A DNA stretch of 64,000 nt from Candidatus Poribacteria bacterium (GTDB lineage Bacteria > Poribacteria > WGA-4E > WGA-3G). Each line of letters opens with the position of its first letter. Position 1 is the first letter of the stretch. This document shows, one piece after another, positions 50,168-61,105 of the stretch. The stretch covers positions 320,001-384,000 of the forward strand of contig CAXXUA010000015.1 of the NCBI GenBank assembly GCA_963663765.2, given 5' to 3'. The notes under the pieces were generated by a model, which made no database searches, was not told the DNA's origin, and saw only the letters and a list, made by a program, of their open reading frames with translations. The position numbers and the translations under genes are program-made.

Positions 50168-51544
50168 ATGAAGATTACCAATCCCTATCTTAAATATGAC
50201 CAACAGATGGTTGGTCATATTTACACAAGCAGCGAAGTCATGGATAATTTGACTGTATTGTGCGATGATTTTGGATCACGTTTTGCTGGTACACCTGAAG
50301 AATACAAGGCAGCAACTTTTATCGCTGAAACATTCAATAGGTATGGACTAAAGAATGTTAGATTAGAAGATTACCCCTATGCGGGATGGACACGTGGTAC
50401 TGCCTTGCTAAGAATAATTGAACCTATCCAACGAGATTTACATTGCATTTCACTACCATACTGTCCTTCTCAAAAAATCACTGCTGAACTCGTATCTGTA
50501 GGATTTGGAAGTCCAAATGAGTATAGTGAACTCGGTGAATACGCACATGGAAAACTGGTGATGGCAAAAAGTGCATCACTTCAGAATCTTGGTAGATGGG
50601 TACATCGAAAAGAAAAATATGAAAGAGCAGTACTCAGTGGTGCATTAGCTTTTATTTTTGTTAGTGAACACCCTGGAGTTGGACCAGAAACCGGAAGTTT
50701 ACAAAACAACAGACCTGCACCTATACCCGGAATATCTGTCTGCAAGGAAGATGGTGATTTTTTAAGTCGATGTGTAGATCGTTTTGGAAAAGTAAAAATG
50801 CAACTACATACTACGGACATTAACGAACCGCGTACTTCATGGAATGTAATAGCTGATTTACCCGGTAAGGAGAGTTCTGAAGAGATGATTATTTTGGGTT
50901 GTCATTACGATGGACATGACATCTCACAAGGTGCACACGATCCGGCTTCAGGTATGGTATCAGTAATAGAGGCAGCACGCGTCTTGTCAAAATATACAAA
51001 AGATATATTAAAGCGGTCCGTAAGATTTATTGCTTTTGGTACAGAAGAAATTGGACTTACAGGTTCCTTTCAGTATGTAGACAAATATGCAGACGAATTG
51101 GACAATATTCGGTTGATGTTGAATATGGATGCTGCAGGTGGCAAAAGCAGAAAAGGGATAGTTTTACATCATTGGAAGGGATTGGAATCCATGTTTTTGG
51201 ATTTCCAAAAACAGATGAACGCAGATATGCCTGTTGGTCAGAAGGTGCATTCCTATTCTGATCACTTTCCATTTTTCCTGAAAGGAGTACCCTCATGTCA
51301 CATGGGTGATCCTACATCTACTCCATCCGGACGTGGCTTTGGTCATACTGCCTATGATACGATAGAAAAGGTTGAGTTAGACAACCTTAGAAGAGCCAGT
51401 TCAATCGGAGCAAGGATTGCACTGCGATGTGCAAACTTAGATGGATTTAACGCGAAACGCCGTACTCAAGAAGAAATACAACACATAGTAGATACTGACG
51501 TGGGTTTAGAAGGATACCGAATCTCGTTGAAATTGAAAGCATAA
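50168..51544 (+). CDS. M28-family metallopeptidase with PA domain
   Basis: GCHYD, AHD, GTEEIGL, NMD, SDHFPF, HTAYD. Confidence 0.9.
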   Translation: MKITNPYLKYDQQMVGHIYTSSEVMDNLTVLCDDFGSRFAGTPEEYKAATFIAETFNRYGLKNVRLEDYPYAGWTRGTALLRIIEPIQRDLHCISLPYCPSQKITAELVSVGFGSPNEYSELGEYAHGKLVMAKSASLQNLGRWVHRKEKYERAVLSGALAFIFVSEHPGVGPETGSLQNNRPAPIPGISVCKEDGDFLSRCVDRFGKVKMQLHTTDINEPRTSWNVIADLPGKESSEEMIILGCHYDGHDISQGAHDPASGMVSVIEAARVLSKYTKDILKRSVRFIAFGTEEIGLTGSFQYVDKYADELDNIRLMLNMDAAGGKSRKGIVLHHWKGLESMFLDFQKQMNADMPVGQKVHSYSDHFPFFLKGVPSCHMGDPTSTPSGRGFGHTAYDTIEKVELDNLRRASSIGARIALRCANLDGFNAKRRTQEEIQHIVDTDVGLEGYRISLKLKA

Positions 51545-51575
51545 ATGTCAATTTTAATTCAACGGTAAGAAGAAA

Positions 51576-53072
51576 ATGCAATTTTCAATAGAATCACTGT
51601 CAAAAAAAATAATATTATCTATACAAAATATGTCAGGTTCTTGTCGTACTTGTCTGAGTTTAATTCTACTTCTGCTTTCTATAGGTTTATCATATTTCAA
51701 TTTTGTGCCTTTGTCAAACGCACAGACAACGCAAAATATTCAACACGCTGTAACTCAATCAAGACGTACTGCGATTGTAACGGCAGTTGAACGTGCGAGT
51801 CCTTCTGTTGTCAACATAAGTGCAATTCGAAGTGTATCACAACAAACATCTTTTGACGAATGGTTTTGGAGAGAATTTTGGGGGGACGTGCCTTCATTTC
51901 CAAAACGTTCACTACGTGAAGTCGGTTCAGGAGTAATCATCAATAAGGATGGATATATCCTTACGAACCACCATGTAATTGAAAACGCGGAAAAGATAAA
52001 AGTTGCAGTCTCAGATGGAAGGGAATTCAATGCAAATATTGAAGGTTATGATTTCCTTTCTGATTTGGCATTGTTAAAGGTTGACACGAAGGAGGATTTA
52101 CCTGGAATAAAATGGGGTGATTCTGACGATTTGCTTATAGGAGAATGGGCACTTGCAATTGGAAATCCATTTGGTTTATCAATCGGAACTGCACAACCTA
52201 CTGTTACAATTGGTATTGTCAGTGCAACCCAGAGATCCCTCATTGTAGAACCACGTTTTTATGATGCACTTATTCAAACGGATGCGTCTGTTAATCCCGG
52301 AAATAGTGGCGGAGCTTTAGTTAATGCACTCGGTGAACTAATTGGAATCAATACTGTGATCCGTTCAACGAGTGGAGGATCACAAGGTGTTGGTTTTGCT
52401 ATCCCTGTTAACAAAGCAAAAAGAGTTCTTGAAAAAATTATACAACACGGTTGTATTGTCCCCCCTTTTCTTGGAGTTGAAATACAACCGATAACCAAAG
52501 AAATGTCAGAAAAACTCTTGGGAAAAGAGGAATCGCAAAAAACTATTCTTACACGAGGAGTTTTAGTATCAGAATTGGATAGAAACAGTCCTTTGAGTAA
52601 GGCAGGTATTAAAAGAGGAGATATAATACAAGCGATTTCGGGGCGTTTAATTAAAGATGTTACTGATTTTAAAGCGGTAGTTCGTTTGCTTCCAACAGAT
52701 ATAGCTATCAAATTTGATATTATACGACGTGGTCAGAAAAGAAGTACTTCTGTCAGACTCAGTAGATTGGAATGGGATTATATACCGCAAAGATGGGGAA
52801 TAACGTTAAGTCAACTGAAACATGATAATGACAACGCATATCGTCCAGGAGTTTCTATAACAAAAATCGATAAGGAAAGTGGGTTAGCCGATATACTCAA
52901 AAAAGGGGACATCATATATCAGATCAACGATATTACTATTCATACACTTGAGGTCTTTAAAATAGTTGACAGTAGGATTCATGCTCCCAGTAGAATTCGA
53001 CTATATTTTGAGAGAAATGGTGAAAAGAAATCTATACCTGTGACATTTAATAGAAACAATAGCAGAAGATAG
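51576..53072 (+). CDS. HtrA/DegP-family serine protease with PDZ domains
   Basis: TNHHV, DLALLKV, QTDASVNPGNSGG, two PDZ-like regions. Confidence 0.93.
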   Translation: MQFSIESLSKKIILSIQNMSGSCRTCLSLILLLLSIGLSYFNFVPLSNAQTTQNIQHAVTQSRRTAIVTAVERASPSVVNISAIRSVSQQTSFDEWFWREFWGDVPSFPKRSLREVGSGVIINKDGYILTNHHVIENAEKIKVAVSDGREFNANIEGYDFLSDLALLKVDTKEDLPGIKWGDSDDLLIGEWALAIGNPFGLSIGTAQPTVTIGIVSATQRSLIVEPRFYDALIQTDASVNPGNSGGALVNALGELIGINTVIRSTSGGSQGVGFAIPVNKAKRVLEKIIQHGCIVPPFLGVEIQPITKEMSEKLLGKEESQKTILTRGVLVSELDRNSPLSKAGIKRGDIIQAISGRLIKDVTDFKAVVRLLPTDIAIKFDIIRRGQKRSTSVRLSRLEWDYIPQRWGITLSQLKHDNDNAYRPGVSITKIDKESGLADILKKGDIIYQINDITIHTLEVFKIVDSRIHAPSRIRLYFERNGEKKSIPVTFNRNNSRR

Positions 53073-53189
53073 GTGTTTTTTTGATAATAAGCATATTTGT
53101 TTGTCTATAGACAAGAAAATTATGCTAAGATCAATTTTGTGAAATGTCACATAGATTTTACAAGTTTATTCTAAAAAACTGGAGAATGA

Positions 53190-53915
53190 ATGATGAAATT
53201 ACAGTTACCCACAATCATAATCGTCTGCTTTTCTGTTGTTCTTATACTCACGATACATTTTTGGGGTGGAAGGGATTTTCAAACCATTGAAGAAGGAAAT
53301 GATGAGAGCATTGAGTTTAGGTTAATCAGGATAGATGCTAAAAACGCATATATTGCAAAGGACTATCACAATGCAATTGAATTATATGACCAGGCTTTTG
53401 ATATGCGTCCAGATAATGCAGAAGTCTGTAATGATCTCGGTTCTGCTCATTACGACCTTGCGATTAAGAATGCCGGTCCTCTCTGGCCAGCTTGGAAGGA
53501 TATAACTGTTAGTGGATCGGTTGAGGAAGCAATTACAGAACTTGATTTAGCAATAGAAAAAGTAGAATCTGGTTATTTTCGTATAAAAACAAACTCTACT
53601 TCCATTGCAAGAGATTTACAGGCAATAGCAGTTGACAAAGGTGCATCAGTATTTCCATATTACGGAAGCACACAGACAACCCTTAATATTCTGATTGGCC
53701 CTACAAAAGAACACTTACTACAAGCGAAGTTGTTATATCAAAGATCAATTGAACTGAAGTCTACATATCCAGCACCTTATCGCAATCTTGGATCGTTGTA
53801 TATGAAGATCGGAATTACTGATAAGGCGATTAATTTATATCGGGAAGCGCATAAACGCCAACCAAGTGACGAAGAACTTGCAGAATATCTACACCAATTT
53901 AAAAGCGGTTTCTAA
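53190..53915 (+). CDS. Membrane-anchored TPR protein
   Basis: N-terminal TM; TPR units NDLGSAHY and YRNLGSLY. Confidence 0.78.
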   Translation: MMKLQLPTIIIVCFSVVLILTIHFWGGRDFQTIEEGNDESIEFRLIRIDAKNAYIAKDYHNAIELYDQAFDMRPDNAEVCNDLGSAHYDLAIKNAGPLWPAWKDITVSGSVEEAITELDLAIEKVESGYFRIKTNSTSIARDLQAIAVDKGASVFPYYGSTQTTLNILIGPTKEHLLQAKLLYQRSIELKSTYPAPYRNLGSLYMKIGITDKAINLYREAHKRQPSDEELAEYLHQFKSGF

Positions 53916-53943
53916 CTACATCATTATTTAGGGCAATATTTTA

Positions 53944-54155
53944 CAGGACTTACGCAAAAACGGTAGGTGGTGAATGTCTAAAGAAGCATGCGCGTATGGC
54001 ATGCTCCATGATTCATACCCAGGGAATGCCAAAAGGCATTCATACCGTTGATTTTTTGATTTTTTGATTTGGCGCTGGAAACCTTTTAAAAAGCTGATAA
54101 TTACATCATTTTCATCATAATTCTTGATTAAAACAAGAAAACTGCATAAGTCCTA
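53944..54155. mobile_element. 212-bp MITE, CAGGACTTACGCA family
   Basis: Ends CAGGACTTACGCA / TGCATAAGTCCTA; flanked on both sides by TATTTTA. Confidence 0.82.
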
Positions 54156-54296
54156 TATTTTAATGAAACTGGCTTCACACCACTTAGCATTGACACAGAG
54201 TGCTCAAGACAAACGGAATTCTGTTGATTTCAATTTTCACAAGAAATGAGAGTTTTTTGCTGAGTATGGTGTTTGTGTATTGAAAAGCAGCTGATT

Positions 54297-57200
54297 ATGA
54301 ATAATCATAAGCAACTACGTTGTTCCGAATGCGGATTCATGAATCTGCCTGTCAATTTTTGCGGTCAATGCGGCAATAATATTGACAATACTGTTACACC
54401 AATCATTTCTTCATCTATCAACAAAGCAGAAAGACGACAACTTACCGTTCTATTCTGTGATGTAATAGATTCAACAGCGTTGACAGAACAACTAGACCCA
54501 GAGGATTTAAGACAAGTATTAGACGCATATCGAGAATCTGTCGCGAAAGTTGTGTTAGAATTTGATGGACATATCGCAAGATATTTTGGTGATGGTATTC
54601 TTGTATACTTCGGCTATCCGATTGCTCATGAAAACGCAACCCATCGAGCAGTTCAATCAGCATTGAAAATTGTAGCAGGTTTAGACGATTTGAATTCTCG
54701 TTTGATAGAAACATTTGGTATTCAGATACAAACACGACTTAGTATTGATACAGGTTTGGTAGTAGTGTGGGAAGTTGGGATGCCTATGGGTATGACAGAT
54801 GGATATATCCCCGCTTTGGAAAGATACCACGGCGATGCAATTGACATTGTCGGAAAAACACCTAACATTGCAGCGCGCATGCAGCAGATTGCACCACCTA
54901 ACGGGATCGTCGTTGGTGAAACGACTCTCAAATTGATAGAAGGACATTTCACATACAAAGACTTTGGCACGATATCAATTAAAGGGATTTCTCTACCAAT
55001 TCCAATATTTCAAATACTTGATGAATACCCAGATAGTAACCTACTAGCATTTAGACGTGAACAGAATATATTACCGCAGCAGACAAATCTAACACGGTTA
55101 ATTGGAAGAACACGTCAAGTTGCAACTTTATTGGAACGGTGGGAACTCGTTGGTACCGCTTCTGGTCAAGTCGTACTGATAGATGGAGAGGCTGGTATCG
55201 GTAAGTCACGAATTGTCGCAGTGATTGCAGAACAGGCAGCACAAGAGAACGCATTAATCCTTGAATGTCGTGGTTCTCCAGATTCCCAAAATAGTCCGCT
55301 CTACCCAATTCTTTCGCTTTTAAGACATCAATTATTAAAATTTAGTGGAACAGATACAGAAATCATACGTTTGCAGAAACTTGAACAGTTTCTAACAAAA
55401 CAAAAACTTTCAATAAATCTCTTACCTCACTTGGCAGAACTCTTAGAAATACAGGGTGATTTCAACAACAGTAGTATAAAACCTGAACAAAGACGTATAA
55501 CTACTTTACAGACACTTGTTCAGATATTCCTTAAAGCAGCACAGCGAAAAACGCTATTACTGATTTTTGAAGACTTACATTGGGTGGATCCTTCAACATT
55601 GGAGTTTCTTCAACTCCTAACAACTCGTTTGGAAAACGCTGCAATTCTTGCTATTCTAACATCACGTGCAGAAATGGCTGTCAATCAGGACAGCATGCAA
55701 GCAATAGGTAGAGCAAAACTAAAAACACTTATTGAATTGGATTGGGTTACGCAGATTACTTTAAATCAACTAAACAGAAGACAGGTTTCACAAATGATCG
55801 CAGAAGTAGCAGGAGATCAAAAAATACCTGAGGACGTTTCTAAACAAATAGCTGAAAAAACAGAAGGCGTTCCCTTATTTGTAGAAGAAATGACACGTAT
55901 GGCAATTGAATCCGATCTTCAAAGTATAGACGTTACTTCAGAAATACCCGCAACATTACATGAGTCTTTGACAGCAAGACTTGACCGGCTTGGGACTCGT
56001 AAAGAAATTGTACAACTTGGTGCAGCACTCGGAAGAGAATGGACTGCAGAACTCTTACACAAAGTCATTGTAAGTATGACTGAAGAACCTGATAAGAGTG
56101 AGTTTTTAACACACCCCGATCTGATAACGGAATTTCGTCCTACTACAGAACAGAACGTTGACCTTACTTGGCTTGAGAATGAATTACAGCAACTTGTTGA
56201 AGCAGAGATTCTACGTTGTAGACGATCTCATGAGAATAAACTAATTTACACTTTCAAACATCCTATGCTTCGTGAAACAGCTTATCAAACTTTATTAATA
56301 AGCACCCGTCAGGCGTATCACCGTCGTATCGCAGCAGTGTTACGTAAGTCATTTAAGGAAGTTGTTAGAGCACAACCAGAATTAGTTGCATATCATTATA
56401 CTGAGGGAGAAATGCACGCACGAGCTATTGAGTATTGGCAACAAGCAGGACAAAGAGCAGTAGAAAGGTCTGCGAATGTTGAAGGAGTCCAGCACTTATC
56501 ACAGGGTTTGGCATTGTTAAAAGAAATGCCAGACTCCCCAGCACGAGCAGCACGTGAGTTGGTCATTCAAACTACCTTAGGTCCAGCACTTATTGCAACT
56601 ATGGGGTATGCTGCTGTTGAAGTTGAAGAAACTTATACACGGGCAAAGACTCTATTAGAAACAATGCCAAATTACGAACGGATGCTACTCAGATTCCCTA
56701 TCCTGTTTGGTCTGTGGCTTTCTTATCTCGTGCAGGGAAAGTTACAAATCGCGAGAGAAATCGGGGAGCAGTGTCTTGCAATGGCACAGCACCAGGACAA
56801 TAGTGTGTTGGAAGTGGAAGCACATCGCGCATTAGGTGCAACTTTATTTTATCTGGGTGAGTTAAATATGGCACGTAAACACATTGAAGCTGGAATTAAA
56901 AGATACAACCCAAATCAGCATCCTGTACATGCATTCTTCCATTATCTTGCTGACCCCGGTATGACCCTGCATTCTTATGCTGCCCCCTTGTTATGGTATT
57001 TAGGTTATCCTGAACAAGCTGAAGCACAGTTGCAAGCAGCTCAAAAAATGGGTGAGCAACGACCTCATCCTTTTAGCCAAGTAGTTTTTCTACACTTTAG
57101 TGCAATGCTATACTTACAATGTCGTAATTTAGAAAAAGTTAATTCCTATGCAACTGATCTGCTTGTAACGTGTAGAGAGCACGGCTTCTCTGTTTGGGAA

Positions 57201-57794
57201 CCGACAGGTAAGATCATGAAAGGTTGGGTAATTCAGCAGATGGCTGACGACACACAACAAGAGGGAATTGCATTAATTCAAGAAGGGATTGCTGAATGGG
57301 AAGCAAACCGTTCTCGGATTTTACAACCTGTCAATCTTAGTATTCTTGCTGAAGCATATAGTTATTGTGATAGAATACAAGAAGGTCTCCAGGTAATTGA
57401 AAAAGCACTTGACGCTGTTGTTGAAATTGGTGAACACACAAATGAAGCAGAATTGTATCGCTTAAAGGGTGAGTTAATGTTGAAAACGGAAGAAAATAAC
57501 ATCTCAGTGACATACGATAATAGTAAGAAAAAACAATTTTCATTAGATATTCAACAAAAAGCGGAAGATTGTTTTGAAAAGGCATTGTATATTGCAAGAT
57601 ACCAAGAAGCAAAATCGTGGGAACTCCGAGCTGCAATCAGTCTTAGCAAACTCATGATTACACAGAACAGACATGATGCAGCATATAATCTGTTGAAACC
57701 TATTTACGAATGGTTCACAGAGGGATTTGCAACAGCAGACTTAGTAGAAGCAAAGAACTTAATAGAAAAATTAAATGGAGAAGTAACTGAATGA
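54297..57794 (+). CDS. Zinc ribbon plus class III adenylate/guanylate cyclase plus STAND-type ATPase plus TPR-like protein
   Basis: CSECG..FCGQCG; ERRQLTVLFCD, GDG, NIAARMQ; GEAGIGKS, EDLHWVD, EGVPLFVEE; terminal WFTEGFATADL. Confidence 0.92.
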   Translation: MNNHKQLRCSECGFMNLPVNFCGQCGNNIDNTVTPIISSSINKAERRQLTVLFCDVIDSTALTEQLDPEDLRQVLDAYRESVAKVVLEFDGHIARYFGDGILVYFGYPIAHENATHRAVQSALKIVAGLDDLNSRLIETFGIQIQTRLSIDTGLVVVWEVGMPMGMTDGYIPALERYHGDAIDIVGKTPNIAARMQQIAPPNGIVVGETTLKLIEGHFTYKDFGTISIKGISLPIPIFQILDEYPDSNLLAFRREQNILPQQTNLTRLIGRTRQVATLLERWELVGTASGQVVLIDGEAGIGKSRIVAVIAEQAAQENALILECRGSPDSQNSPLYPILSLLRHQLLKFSGTDTEIIRLQKLEQFLTKQKLSINLLPHLAELLEIQGDFNNSSIKPEQRRITTLQTLVQIFLKAAQRKTLLLIFEDLHWVDPSTLEFLQLLTTRLENAAILAILTSRAEMAVNQDSMQAIGRAKLKTLIELDWVTQITLNQLNRRQVSQMIAEVAGDQKIPEDVSKQIAEKTEGVPLFVEEMTRMAIESDLQSIDVTSEIPATLHESLTARLDRLGTRKEIVQLGAALGREWTAELLHKVIVSMTEEPDKSEFLTHPDLITEFRPTTEQNVDLTWLENELQQLVEAEILRCRRSHENKLIYTFKHPMLRETAYQTLLISTRQAYHRRIAAVLRKSFKEVVRAQPELVAYHYTEGEMHARAIEYWQQAGQRAVERSANVEGVQHLSQGLALLKEMPDSPARAARELVIQTTLGPALIATMGYAAVEVEETYTRAKTLLETMPNYERMLLRFPILFGLWLSYLVQGKLQIAREIGEQCLAMAQHQDNSVLEVEAHRALGATLFYLGELNMARKHIEAGIKRYNPNQHPVHAFFHYLADPGMTLHSYAAPLLWYLGYPEQAEAQLQAAQKMGEQRPHPFSQVVFLHFSAMLYLQCRNLEKVNSYATDLLVTCREHGFSVWEPTGKIMKGWVIQQMADDTQQEGIALIQEGIAEWEANRSRILQPVNLSILAEAYSYCDRIQEGLQVIEKALDAVVEIGEHTNEAELYRLKGELMLKTEENNISVTYDNSKKKQFSLDIQQKAEDCFEKALYIARYQEAKSWELRAAISLSKLMITQNRHDAAYNLLKPIYEWFTEGFATADLVEAKNLIEKLNGEVTE

Positions 57795-58651
57795 GACTTG
57801 GTGTAGTTGGGATGTGTGGAGATTTTCGCACAATAAACCAAAATGAAATAGACTCAATTAAAGAACTTCAATTTACAGGTGTGAGTTTTCATTTCGCAAG
57901 TGAAAAAATATCTGATGTTACTCCTGACGAGATCAAAAATTGTCGATTTCTCCTTGAAAACGCACATCTTGATCTGGTACAATTTGGAATAACATATCAG
58001 GAGTGTCTCTTTGATCCACATTCCTCAATTCGCAAGGCAGCTATTGAAGCAGTAAATTGTGGTATGACTGTAGCAAGAGAACTTGGTACGTTCTTTTATC
58101 TATTCAGACCCGGTAGTCTAAATCCACAGGGGGCATGGACATCACACAAAGACAACCATCTACCAGAATCTTTCGAGAGATTAGTTGAAACGTTGAAACC
58201 CATCGCGGAAAATGCAGAACGCGAAGAATTAACTCTTGTGATGGAAACACATGCAATCTCTATTATGGATTCTCCAGAAACATGTAAAGAGGTCGTGGAA
58301 AGAGTCGGTTCAGATCGATTACGGATTGTTATGGATTTTGTTAATCATTTCCAATCCCTACGACAGGTTTATGAGAGTGAAGCGCGACTCAATCATATTT
58401 TTGATGTTATGGGACCTTTTGCTCCGATGGCACACATAAAAGACATCCAAGTTGAAAATGGTTTAGTATTACATCTAAACGAGGAAGTTCCAGGTGAGGG
58501 AGAATTGGAATTAGAAATTGCATTGAAACGGTTTGACACACTATATCCAGATGGATATGGATTGATAGAACATTTACCGAAGGAAAAAATTCCAATCGCA
58601 AATGCAAATATACGTAATATTGCATCTGAAAATGGTGTAACCATATATTAA
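57791..58651 (+). CDS. Sugar phosphate isomerase/epimerase (xylose isomerase-like TIM barrel)
   Basis: VMETH, MDFVN, AHIKD, PGEG, LIEH; ATGA overlap. Confidence 0.85.
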   Translation: MRLGVVGMCGDFRTINQNEIDSIKELQFTGVSFHFASEKISDVTPDEIKNCRFLLENAHLDLVQFGITYQECLFDPHSSIRKAAIEAVNCGMTVARELGTFFYLFRPGSLNPQGAWTSHKDNHLPESFERLVETLKPIAENAEREELTLVMETHAISIMDSPETCKEVVERVGSDRLRIVMDFVNHFQSLRQVYESEARLNHIFDVMGPFAPMAHIKDIQVENGLVLHLNEEVPGEGELELEIALKRFDTLYPDGYGLIEHLPKEKIPIANANIRNIASENGVTIY

Positions 58652-58667
58652 TAGGAGTACCTTCAAC

Positions 58668-61064
58668 ATGTTGACGAAAAGACAATTCTTGCTGTTGATC
58701 CTAATACTCGGTATGGTGTTTTCTGCTTATTCTGTGATCGGTCAAGAAGAAGGATCTACAGATGATGCTGAGGATAGTCCCGGGAGTTTTTGGAATAGAC
58801 TACTTTTTCCTGTTATTGTCGCTGTTGCAATGTTTGTAATTCATGGAATAGCCTACTTAGTACGACTGTTTAAAAAAGACAGATTGCAAAAGACATTGAT
58901 GAATAAATATGTAGTCTTTCACTTGAAAGACGGTCAACGATATCATGGCACAATGCGTTTAGATTTGAAGGGTGCAGAAATTATATCTGAAGAATCCAGA
59001 CAACGTGGACAAGCACCAAGTTATATCTTTAAACAGGGACAATTAGAAAAGAGTATCGGTGCATATATTCGTTACCATGATACAATGAATGAACGTGAAA
59101 AACGCGAACGTCTTTGGGAACATGAACGTTTGCTCAATCCTCCATTGACACAACGAATAGTCAGAAAAGTCAGAAATATGTTCCTTGAACTTGGTCAAGC
59201 TGTAAAAAATGCTATGAATATGGTTGTTACCGGTCTTAAAGGTGCAGCAAAACCGATAACACAGCAGTTGGAACGTATTGATACGGCTGCATCGGAATTT
59301 GGTGGACAAGGATCTGCCGTGAAGGAACTTAATACCATCTTGGATGAACCCAAAGGTTTTATGGCAGAGGAAAGTTATGAAAGAATTATTGAACGACTCG
59401 TTGGAACGCGAGTCAAATTCCAAATTAGCGGTGTGAAACATGCAGATGGCGTATACATGGGAATATTAAAGGATTATAATGAAAAACACATGTCCTTCAT
59501 GAACATAAAAGATAAAGACGGTAAAGGTTTCAGGGATCAATGGGCTATAGAAAAAGAATATAAAGGCAATATCAACAACTTCAATATACGCGATGACCGT
59601 GGACTCAGATCTCGCCTGGTAGAAAATAATAATAATTATTTTGTAATATTTGAAAATAATACTGCTTATGCAATCCAAGTTGGTAAGATACGATTGCATG
59701 ACGGTTCACCAGATTGGGAGAGAAATCTTGAGTTTAAATGGCACATTGAACCACTCAGTGTTAGAAGGATTCGTCTGAATCCTGTTTCAAATCATAAAAT
59801 TAGTCCTTTTGATAAAGTCAGTATCCGAGAAAACAGAACACCAAGGAATTTTAAGAAATTACGTATAGAATTCAGATCTTTTCGTGATGCGGATGTTATT
59901 TTCCCGCGTGGTGGTGATGTATGTAAGATTATTGAAAGTGGAGAGAAACGTCAAGTTGAATCTTTTAGTCTTGCTTCGTTAACAGATACAATGCTTGATA
60001 GAAGTGAAATTGAGGAAATTGCAATACAAGATGCAGCAGGACGACCGATACACGGAATGAACCTTGTTCATGGCTACGTTACAAACGTCAATGAGGAACG
60101 GATAGATCTAAAGTCCGTAGATTCAAGTTACAGCCGCCGATGGGAAGTGGAAAGCGCGTATACGCACTTTGATAAAAAGCTGCGTTACAAGATTCCTTTC
60201 CGTCGTAAGTTGAATCCAATATTTGCCTACCGTCTTGTGGCACAACATGAACTTATTGAACAGATACGCGAAAACCCGCTGCAGAAAGAAGCCGTTGCAC
60301 AGTTAGCATATCCGAAAAAAGTGAAAAGAAGTCTAAGAGTTCCATTATTGAAAATGTTACCAACAAATTTAGATATTCCACTACCGCTCAAGTTGATGAC
60401 ATTCACGAGCAATGGAAAAAATGTGGAATTACCCATCCTTGAAAAGTTTGAGTATATAAATGAACATCGTATGCTCTATGAAACTGTTAATACCCTGCGG
60501 AATGAACGATTAGCAAAAATGGACATTTTATGGATTGGAAGTGGTGAAGTCTATAAGGGGGGGTATCGTCTAAACATTGATTCAGAACACCGTATCAAGA
60601 ACTTTGTCAGTCAAGGTGGTGTCGTTATTGTATCTGGACAGGATGTAAAAGCAAACTACAGACAGAGACGTGGTGCAGGATGGATACCGGAGCCGCTTAC
60701 AGGTCTTGAATATGATGAAACAGATGAACTCCTACCTACATCACAAGGTAGACGTAGTCGTATCTTCCATACACCTAACGTTCTTAACACAACACCAGAT
60801 ACTAAAGAAATACCATTGGTGCGACTTGACGATATGTGGGTAGATCCGCTTGGTAAGTGGAACTCCTTTGCGAAATCTACCGCACAAGATGCCTCAGCCT
60901 TGCTTACGCTTCCTTTCCAAGAAGGATTGTATATCGTCACAAGTCTAAAGAATGATACGGAAAGGGATGTTCAAATAAATGCTAAGATTATGGAAAATCT
61001 ATTACATTATTCAGTGAAGTGGTTGGATAACCAAAGGTGGAGACAAAGATTTAAGCTGCAATAG
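58668..61064 (+). CDS. Hypothetical membrane-anchored protein
   Basis: 798-aa ORF with AGGAG RBS and two N-terminal hydrophobic segments. Confidence 0.8.
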   Translation: MLTKRQFLLLILILGMVFSAYSVIGQEEGSTDDAEDSPGSFWNRLLFPVIVAVAMFVIHGIAYLVRLFKKDRLQKTLMNKYVVFHLKDGQRYHGTMRLDLKGAEIISEESRQRGQAPSYIFKQGQLEKSIGAYIRYHDTMNEREKRERLWEHERLLNPPLTQRIVRKVRNMFLELGQAVKNAMNMVVTGLKGAAKPITQQLERIDTAASEFGGQGSAVKELNTILDEPKGFMAEESYERIIERLVGTRVKFQISGVKHADGVYMGILKDYNEKHMSFMNIKDKDGKGFRDQWAIEKEYKGNINNFNIRDDRGLRSRLVENNNNYFVIFENNTAYAIQVGKIRLHDGSPDWERNLEFKWHIEPLSVRRIRLNPVSNHKISPFDKVSIRENRTPRNFKKLRIEFRSFRDADVIFPRGGDVCKIIESGEKRQVESFSLASLTDTMLDRSEIEEIAIQDAAGRPIHGMNLVHGYVTNVNEERIDLKSVDSSYSRRWEVESAYTHFDKKLRYKIPFRRKLNPIFAYRLVAQHELIEQIRENPLQKEAVAQLAYPKKVKRSLRVPLLKMLPTNLDIPLPLKLMTFTSNGKNVELPILEKFEYINEHRMLYETVNTLRNERLAKMDILWIGSGEVYKGGYRLNIDSEHRIKNFVSQGGVVIVSGQDVKANYRQRRGAGWIPEPLTGLEYDETDELLPTSQGRRSRIFHTPNVLNTTPDTKEIPLVRLDDMWVDPLGKWNSFAKSTAQDASALLTLPFQEGLYIVTSLKNDTERDVQINAKIMENLLHYSVKWLDNQRWRQRFKLQ

Positions 61065-61105
61065 TGCAATTATTTTAATGCTTTTGTTGGATTGTTTTAA
61101 ATCCA

